A DNA stretch of 64,000 nucleotides. Source: an uncultured Planctomycetaceae bacterium (GTDB taxonomy: Bacteria; Planctomycetota; Planctomycetia; Pirellulales; PALSA-1355). Shown here in pieces: positions 57,078-64,000 of this stretch; position 1 is the first letter of the stretch, and the number at the start of each line of letters is the position of its first letter. The position numbers and the translations under genes were made by a program. The stretch is taken from assembly GCA_963785305.1 (NCBI GenBank), contig CAWAUV010000007.1, positions 1,888,001 to 1,952,000 of the forward strand. The letters are read 5' to 3'. A model generated the notes under the pieces. That model did no database searches and had not been told where the DNA came from. It saw only the letters and a list, made by a program, of their open reading frames with translations.

Positions 57078-57939
57078 GTGACCGCGCGCATTCTCGACGG
57101 CAAAAAACTGGCCCAGCAGATTCAAGAAGAGCTGCGCGGCGAAGTCGCCGAGTTTATCGAAAACAATGGCGAGACTCCCACCCTGGCCGCGGTGCTGGTG
57201 GGCGACGATCCGGCCAGCGAAGTCTATGTGCGCAACAAGCGGGCCGCCTGCGACCGCACCGGCATGGAAAGCCGCCTCTATCGCTTGCCGGGCATGGTGA
57301 GCGAAAACGAACTGCTGGCCCTGATCACGAAGCTGAACAAAGCCAAGGAAGAGCCGGTGCATGGCATTCTGGTGCAGTTGCCGCTGCCGAAGCATTTGCA
57401 CGCCACGCGCATTCTCCACGCGATCAGTCCGCTGAAAGATGTCGATGGCTTTCATCCGGAAAACGTCGGTCGGCTGGTCGAGGGCGCTCCGCGGTTCGTG
57501 CCTTGCACCCCGCTGGGCATCCAGCAATTGCTGGAGCGCAATGCTATTCCCACCGCCGGGCGCGAAGTGGTGGTGGTCGGCCGCAGCGATACCGTGGGCA
57601 AGCCGATGGCGCTGCTCATGATGCAGCGCCGGCGCCGACGCCACCGTGACCGTGGCCCACAGTCGCACTCCCGATCTCGGCGCGATCACCCGCCGGGCCG
57701 AGATTCTGATCGTGGCCGCCGGCAAGCCGGGCCTCGTGACCGCCGACATGGTGCGTCCGGGCGCCGTGGTGGTCGATGTGGGCATCCATCGCACGGCGAG
57801 CGGGCTCGTGGGCGATGTCGACTTCGCGAGCGTGAGCCAAGTGGCCAGTCAAATCACCCCGGTGCCCGGCGGAGTGGGCCCCCTGACCGTGACGATGCTC
57901 CTGGCGAACACCCTGGCGGCGGCCCGGCTGGCGGATTGA
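57078..57939 (+). CDS. folD: Methylenetetrahydrofolate dehydrogenase/cyclohydrolase (frameshift near 57630)
   Basis: [57 protein letters not shown]. Confidence 0.95.
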
Positions 57940-58004
57940 AGCCTATCCAACGTGCGCGAGGCCGCCACGTGGTTTTCGTCGGCGCACCTTGCCTTCGTCG
58001 GTTT

Positions 58005-58343
58005 CTAAAGCATCGACAGGCTGGGGTCGTCGAATTCCAAATTGAGGAATCGTTCGCGCAGGGCGGTCGACGTCTGCACGAGTTCTGAGGGCGCGAATGT
58101 GAATAGAGTCACGATGTCCCTTTGCGTTTCCGGCGGTAGTTTGTCTATCTCCCGTTCGACAAGGTCGTCGCGCTGCTCGCGCTTCATTCCCTCGAAGCGA
58201 GGATCGATAACTCGCAGCCGGATCGAAGCTGAGTTGTAGCGATAGGCGTCGACTTGCTCGAACTGCTGTTCCAAACGTTCTTCGACCATACGTGTTTCAT
58301 CGGTGCGTCTCGATTCCCAAGGCGAATTCGTCGATGTGGTCAT
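58005..58343 (-). CDS. Hypothetical acidic protein, BolA/minimal-nucleotidyltransferase-like, partner of the HEPN gene
   Basis: ATGA overlap with the HEPN gene; SIRLRVIDPRFEG...QRDDLV...FAPSE pattern. Confidence 0.55.
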   Translation of the reverse strand: MTTSTNSPWESRRTDETRMVEERLEQQFEQVDAYRYNSASIRLRVIDPRFEGMKREQRDDLVEREIDKLPPETQRDIVTLFTFAPSELVQTSTALRERFLNLEFDDPSLSML

Positions 58344-58819
58344 GATATTCGTGACTCCGCCCAGTTGCATATCTGCCGCGACGTGCTGAGCAAACCTCTG
58401 GTTTCCCCGGTGTCCTTTCGGCCCGTCTCGTATCGCAAATCCGTTGTCCAGTCGAACCGCCGCATTCGCCCAGCCAACTCGCGAGTGAGAACCACCCCTC
58501 GATCTCGTAATAGACCGAGCAGATGCTCGGGGCGATGGTTCGCCGATCCTCGCGTAATTTCAGCTAACGTCGTGCTCCGATCATGCTCGGGGGTAGCGGA
58601 TAATACGATCGCTTTCAAAGCACATTCGACGGAATACCCGCCGATGTATTGCGCTTCCAACGTGAGGGCCAAATATGTGAAAATCACTTCGGCGGCTGCA
58701 AGCCGTTGACGAGCCACGCTCATGAGGTCGCGCGGTGTTTGTGGCGGTATCGCCTGCTCCCCTTGTCGGTCTGCGGAGTGCGTTTGATTATTGTTGTGCA
58801 CCAATTTCGGGCATGACAA
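58340..58819 (-). CDS. HEPN-domain protein (start uncertain)
   Basis: ARQRLAAAE, AQYIGGYSVECALKA, NHRPEHL, WTTDLRY. Confidence 0.72.
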   Translation of the reverse strand: MSCPKLVHNNNQTHSADRQGEQAIPPQTPRDLMSVARQRLAAAEVIFTYLALTLEAQYIGGYSVECALKAIVLSATPEHDRSTTLAEITRGSANHRPEHLLGLLRDRGVVLTRELAGRMRRFDWTTDLRYETGRKDTGETRGLLSTSRQICNWAESRIS

Positions 58820-58987
58820 GGTAGCCCGTGGTTAATTCGGAGGGTCGCCCCAGATCCAGTGCGGCAATTGGTGGCGTAACGATAGACCTCAGGACGGTTT
58901 GCGTAAAAGGGCGCCAAGGCGACTTCCGCGTTGACTCGCTCCGGGGAGCGACCTAGAATTCCAGGAGGCAGCCCCTCTTAATACCTT

Positions 58988-60253
58988 ATGCCGCAAGCTC
59001 TTTCGTTTACAGCTCCGCCGATCGCCTTGAGCGCCGCGCGGATGTTGGCGCCGCCGGTTCGCCGCCTTCCGCGAGCGAACGATCGAGTGCTGCGCATCGC
59101 GCGGCGGGCGCTGCCCTGGCTGCTCTCGACCACGCTGCATTTGGCCGTATTTCTCGCGATTGCGCTCGATGTGCGCTTCATGGGCGGGTGGCTCGGAATG
59201 CATCGAGCGGCCGAAGGGATCGGCAAGCGAGAATTCATCGACACCTCATTTGGCATGAATGCCGACAGCGACGCCACGCTCGGCATGACCCTGCCCGCGA
59301 GCACCGGCCAATTCTATGCCGACGACCCGCCGGAAGCCGCCAGCGGCGCCGCCAAGCCCGACGCGAACACATCCGCCGCCGAGACCTCGCTCGCCGCCGA
59401 TTCGCAAACGCCGCGCGACGCCACCGCCCCCGCCGACACAACCGCTAAAAACGTCGCCAGCCAAGACACCGCGACCAGCGCGCAAAAATCCGTCGATCCG
59501 CTGACGGCCCTGGGCGTCGGCGCCTCGGCGGGGCCCGCGCCGTTGGCGGCGCTCGCCGGCGGGCCGCCGGTCGATCTGGCGAGCCTGTTGCCTTCGGCCG
59601 GAGCGCCGCTGGGAGGTTCGGGTCTCGAGCATGGAGGCGTGGGCTCGGCTCGCGGGGCGGGAACTTCGAATCGTCCGGCTCGCGGCGCGCGGGGCGGCTA
59701 TGCGCGCACCGGCGTGTTCGGCGTCGAGGGCGAGGGCACGCGCTTCGTCTATGTGTTCGATCGCTCGGGCAGCATGGATGGCCACGGCGGCGCCCCCATG
59801 GCCGCGGCCAAGAGCGAATTGATCGCGAGCCTGCGCGATCTGGGCCCCACGCATCAATTTCAAATCATCTTCTACAACGAGCATCCGCGGATATTTAACC
59901 TCAGCGGAGCGCCGGGCCGGCTCGTGTTCGCGAATCCCCAGAATGTGAATCTGGCCACGCGATTCATCGAAGCCACCCCGGCCGACGGCGGCACCGAACA
60001 CGAGGAGGCGCTGTCGCTGGCGCTGCGAATGGGACCCGATGTGATCTTCTTTCTTACCGACGCCGACGAACCACGGCTCTCGAACGATCAGTTGGATCGC
60101 CTCGCGCGAATCAATCGCGGTTCGATGATCAACACGATCGAATTTGGTTATGGGCCGCCGATCGATTCAAACAATTTTCTGGTGCGACTCGCCCAGCGCA
60201 ACGGCGGCAAGCATGTCTATGTCGACATTTCCACGCTGCCGGCCGCGCGTTAA
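58988..60253 (+). CDS. Membrane-anchored VWA-domain protein
   Basis: WLLSTTLHL anchor, VYVFDRSGSM, GGT, FFLTDAD, LAQRNGG. Confidence 0.82.
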   Translation: MPQALSFTAPPIALSAARMLAPPVRRLPRANDRVLRIARRALPWLLSTTLHLAVFLAIALDVRFMGGWLGMHRAAEGIGKREFIDTSFGMNADSDATLGMTLPASTGQFYADDPPEAASGAAKPDANTSAAETSLAADSQTPRDATAPADTTAKNVASQDTATSAQKSVDPLTALGVGASAGPAPLAALAGGPPVDLASLLPSAGAPLGGSGLEHGGVGSARGAGTSNRPARGARGGYARTGVFGVEGEGTRFVYVFDRSGSMDGHGGAPMAAAKSELIASLRDLGPTHQFQIIFYNEHPRIFNLSGAPGRLVFANPQNVNLATRFIEATPADGGTEHEEALSLALRMGPDVIFFLTDADEPRLSNDQLDRLARINRGSMINTIEFGYGPPIDSNNFLVRLAQRNGGKHVYVDISTLPAAR

Positions 60254-60293
60254 GTCGCCGTGGCCGCGGCTCGCGTCTCGCCGGTCATGGCAC

Positions 60294-61329
60294 ATGAGCT
60301 TTTGGCGCAATATTTCGCTCGGCGTTTCGTTGGCGCTGGTGGTGGGCGCCGGCCTGGTTCGCGGGCGCGGGCCGAAGATGTGATCGTGCTCAAGCCGGTC
60401 GAGGGCGCCGCGAGCAGTGCCCGACTCCTGGGCGAGATTGTCGACGACGATGGACATGAACTGCGGCTGCGGCTGGCGAGCGGTCGCGAGCGGCGCGTGC
60501 CTTGGGACCAAGCGCAGTCCGTCGCGGCCGCGCTTTCCGAGGCCCATCGGGCGGGCGACGATCGCTTCGCCGCTCGAGATTATTCGGCCGCGCTCGGCCA
60601 TTATCGCGACGCGCTCGGCGCCGCGGGCGAACGTCGCGCGTGGCTGCGGCGGCGGATCGTCGCTCAAATGATCTGGTGCGAGCGCTCGCTGGGACGCGCC
60701 GAGGTCGCGGCCCAAACCTTCGTGCAAGTGCTGGTTCCCAGCGGGCCGAGCGTGGACGAGCTCGCTTGCATTCCGCTTTGCTGGCGCCGACGCAGCCCAC
60801 GCCCTCCTTCGAGCGCACGGCCGCCGACTGGATTCGCGGCGATAAATCGCCATGGAGCGCGCTGGTCGGCGCCAGCTTTCTGCTCGGAGCCCGTGAACAG
60901 CCGGCCGCCCTGGAGAAGCTCAAGCGGCTCACGGCGAGCGACGCTCCGGGCGTGGTATGGCTGGCCCAGGCCCAATTGTGCGCGCCACGCTGGCGGCCGA
61001 AAGCGACGCGCGACTCATCGAGCATTTGCAGTCGATCGATCATTGCCCGGCGCCACTGCGGCTCCGGGCCGTATTTCTTGGTCGGCATGGCGTTGCTCAA
61101 GAAGCGGCCCGAGGAAGCGTCGCTCGCGCTCATGCATTTGCCGATTCTCTACCCGCGAGAGAGACAATTAGCGGCGGCGGCTCTGTTGAGCGTGGGCGAA
61201 CTATTCGAGCAGCGGCGGCAAACCGCGGCGGCGGCTCGCATCTATCGCGAACTGGTCGATCAATACTCCGGTTCGCCCGAGGCCGGAGTGGCGCTCATGA
61301 AACTTGGCCCGAGCGGGAGCCGACCATGA
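60294..61329 (+). CDS. Secreted TPR-like protein (frameshifted)
   Basis: Signal-like MSFWRNISL..., helical TPR segments, YRELVDQYSGSPEA. Confidence 0.6.
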
Positions 61330-64000
61330 ACGGCGCCAAACAAGCTCGTTTCGCCCCGGCCGCAATTCGCGCCCCGGCCGGAATTCGCGCCCTTCCCGCA
61401 ATTTGGTTGTGGAGCGCCCTGGCGCTCGCGCCGCTCGTTGCGTGGCCGGCCCACGTCTTGGCGGCCGGCGAACTGATTCTCTTGCCTCCGGGCGGCGCCG
61501 CGGAATACGACGAACGCTTCGTCGATGGCCTGCGGAGCCGGGGGCTATTTGACTTGGCCGAGAAATATTGTCGCGATCGGCTTGCGCGAACCGATCTGCC
61601 CGAGGCCGAGCGCGGCGCGATCACGATCGAGCTGGCGAGAACCCTTACCGCTCGCGCGGTTGAATCACCGCCTGCCGCTCGCGCGCCCCTGGGCCGCGAG
61701 GCGGAGCGCGTGATCAACGCGCAACTGCAAATTCGGTCGCGCGATCCGCGGGCCCTGCCGCTCGCGCTTCAGCGGGCGATGGTCTCGTTGGCGCTCGGCG
61801 AGCTCGGACGTCAGGAAGCGGAAGTCGGCGGCCTATCGACCGCGGCGCTCGAGCCGGCGCGCGCGGCGCTGCGCGACGCCGTGGGACAGCTCAAGTTGCT
61901 CGACGAGCGGATCGCCCTCGAGCTTCAGCGGCGCAGTCGCGCGCCGCGCGCAGCCGGGCGAATGGACCACGGCGGAACTGCTGTCGCTCGCCGCCCATGG
62001 CCGTTTTCAGCTGGCGCGAGCTTATCGCAATCAGGCGCTTACATATTTGCCCGATAGTTCCGATCGGATCAATTCGCTCACCGCGGCCAGTGAGCTACTC
62101 AAGCCGCTCGCCGAGCTTCCACCCACGACGCCGTTGGCCTGGGACAGCCGGCTCGATGAAATCGTGTGCCTCGGGCTGCTGCGCGAAACCTTGGCGGCCG
62201 AGCGGCGTTTGGCGGCGGCGATGGAAGCCGATCCGCCCGCCCCGGCGCGGCGGCGGCTCGAAGCCGAAACCATTCGCGAGCGGCTCGCGGCCGGCGATAT
62301 CGATCGGGCGCTCGAGCTCGTCGCGACCCTGAAACCGCCGGCCACGAGCGACGGGCCGGAATTGAGCCTCGCGCGGCTCGAAGCCTATGCGGCCGCTTGT
62401 GGGCCACGCGCGCGAACCAATGCGGCGCTCAAGGAGAAGTATCGGCAGGCCTCGGCCGAGCAAACGCGGTTCATGACCCAATCGTTTGGCGCCTATTGGA
62501 TGCGCCGGGCCGAGACGCTCATCGCCGCCACGATCGCCGCCGATCCGGACTCGCAAAACTACGACACGCTCACGCAAGCCGCCGCCAGCTACTTCCGCGG
62601 CGGACGGCTGGGCGAATCGCTCTCGGCTTACGATCGGGCCGCGCGGCTCGCGCCGAGAGTGGATCGACCGACCACGCGTTTGATTCCGCCTTCTTGGCCG
62701 CCTCGATCGAGCAGCAGCAGAGCCACTGGCGCGAGGCGACGGATCGGTTCCGTGACCTGGCGCGGGCATTTCCAGCCATGCCCGCGCCGACACGGCGCAT
62801 CTGCTGGCCGCTTACGACGCCGCGCAGCTCGCCGAACACAGCGATGCCGCCGGGCGCCGCGCCGCGAGCGAGGAATACGATCAGCTACTTGAGGAACATT
62901 TGCGGCTCTGGCCGACGAGTCCCACGCTGGGGCAGGCCGCTTGGTGGCTGGGCCAATCGCGCGAGAGTGGCCGGCGCTTCGAGGCGGCGATTGAAGCCTA
63001 TCGGCGGATTCCGCCCGGCCATGCCCAGTTTCTCGCGGGAATCGACGCCACGGCCCGCGCGCTGCGCAGCGCGCTCGCGGCCAAGCCCGCGGAGCCACGG
63101 AGCGACCGCCGGGCCTTGGCCGCCGATGGAGCGCGGTATTTCGCTAGTTGGACGACCGCCGAGCGTCCCACGGTGGTAGCCGCCGGGAACTTGCCCGCCG
63201 GAGATTCGGTCGATGCGGGCCCTGCCGAGGCGTGGGCTGTCGTGCGGCGCCAAGCGGCGCTGTGGGCCGCCGAGTTTTATCTCCAGGCCGGCGGCGACGG
63301 GCCCGCCAAAGCGGTCGAGCTTCTCAATGCCGCGGTCGGTGAAACCGAGCGCGAGAATCTTCCGGCGAGCAACGCGCCGGCTACTTGGCGCTTGGCGGCC
63401 GATCGGCTGCGAGTGGTGGCGCTGGCCAGCGCGGGCCGCGAGTCCGACGCCGCGCGGCTGCTGGCGACGCTCGGCGCCGCCACACCCCAAAGTTTGCTGG
63501 CGTTCTCGGAATCGTTGGCCCAGTACTCGGAATCCTCGACGGCCGAAGTCCGCGCGAGCCTGGCGCGGCTCGAATTGCAAACGCTCGACGCAATCGAGCC
63601 GCGGCGCAAAGAGCTCTCGACCGAGGAACTGCGGCGAGTCGATCTGGGGCGAGCTCGGGCGCTCGCGGATTCGGGCCACTACGACCAAGCCCTCGCGCTG
63701 CTCGAAACGCTCGCGCACGATCGCCCGACCGATGGCGCCCTGCAAGAATCGTTGGCGGAGCTGTTGAGCGCGGGCGGTCGCGAGGAGCGCAAGCAAGCGC
63801 TTCACAAGTGGCGCGAAGTGCAGCAAAAAAGCCGGCCAGGATCGCCGCGCTGGTTTCGCGCGGCTACGGTCTCGCGCACACGCAATTCGCGCTCGGCAAT
63901 AAGATCGCCGCGGCGGCGGCGGTTCGGATCGTGGCCAAGACGTATCCCGACCTGGGCGGCGAGGCGATGAGAGCCCGCTTCGAAAGCCTGCTGGCCGAAA
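61326..64000 (+). CDS. Large secreted TPR/helical-repeat protein (several frameshifts, runs off right edge)
   Basis: ATGA overlap with the previous gene, FVDGLRSRGLFDLAE, Ala/Arg-rich helical repeats, GSPRWFRA and YPDLGG near the end. Confidence 0.6.

Noticed and set aside
57078..57939. folD and other split genes as pseudogenes or programmed frameshifts
   Set aside because: Both halves keep conserved motifs, no slippery heptamers were noticed, and the shifts lie in GC-repeat contexts. Sequencing error is more parsimonious.

Overview
GC-rich bacterial chromosomal window, most likely from a Planctomycetota (Pirellulales-like) genome, inferred from gene content. The left 6.5 kb is a defence island on the minus strand (hsdR-hsdS-darT-darG; hsdM is not in the window). 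Its most striking feature is an apparently intact REP-associated tyrosine transposase (RAYT/TnpA-REP, HUH Y1) domain, flanked by inverted GTAG-REP hairpins and inserted in frame inside HsdR. Ten related REP hairpins with compensatory stem changes sit inside the hsdR and hsdS reading frames and are translated as VEAASRRF/RRDAAST-type peptides. The rest is housekeeping and planctomycete-type genes: pyrD, two HU/IHF proteins, treS-maltokinase, treZ, ilvN-ilvC, a desaturase, Rrf2, a GH71/99-like enzyme and folD. A ~25.6 kb MoxR/DUF58/BatA-VWA operon ends in three HtrA-like proteins, two of which lack the catalytic triad. There are also small AT-richer inserts (an ASCH-like gene and a HEPN gene pair). 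Many genes outside the island carry single-base frameshifts that look like long-read assembly errors. All calls come from reading motifs by eye; no database searches were run.
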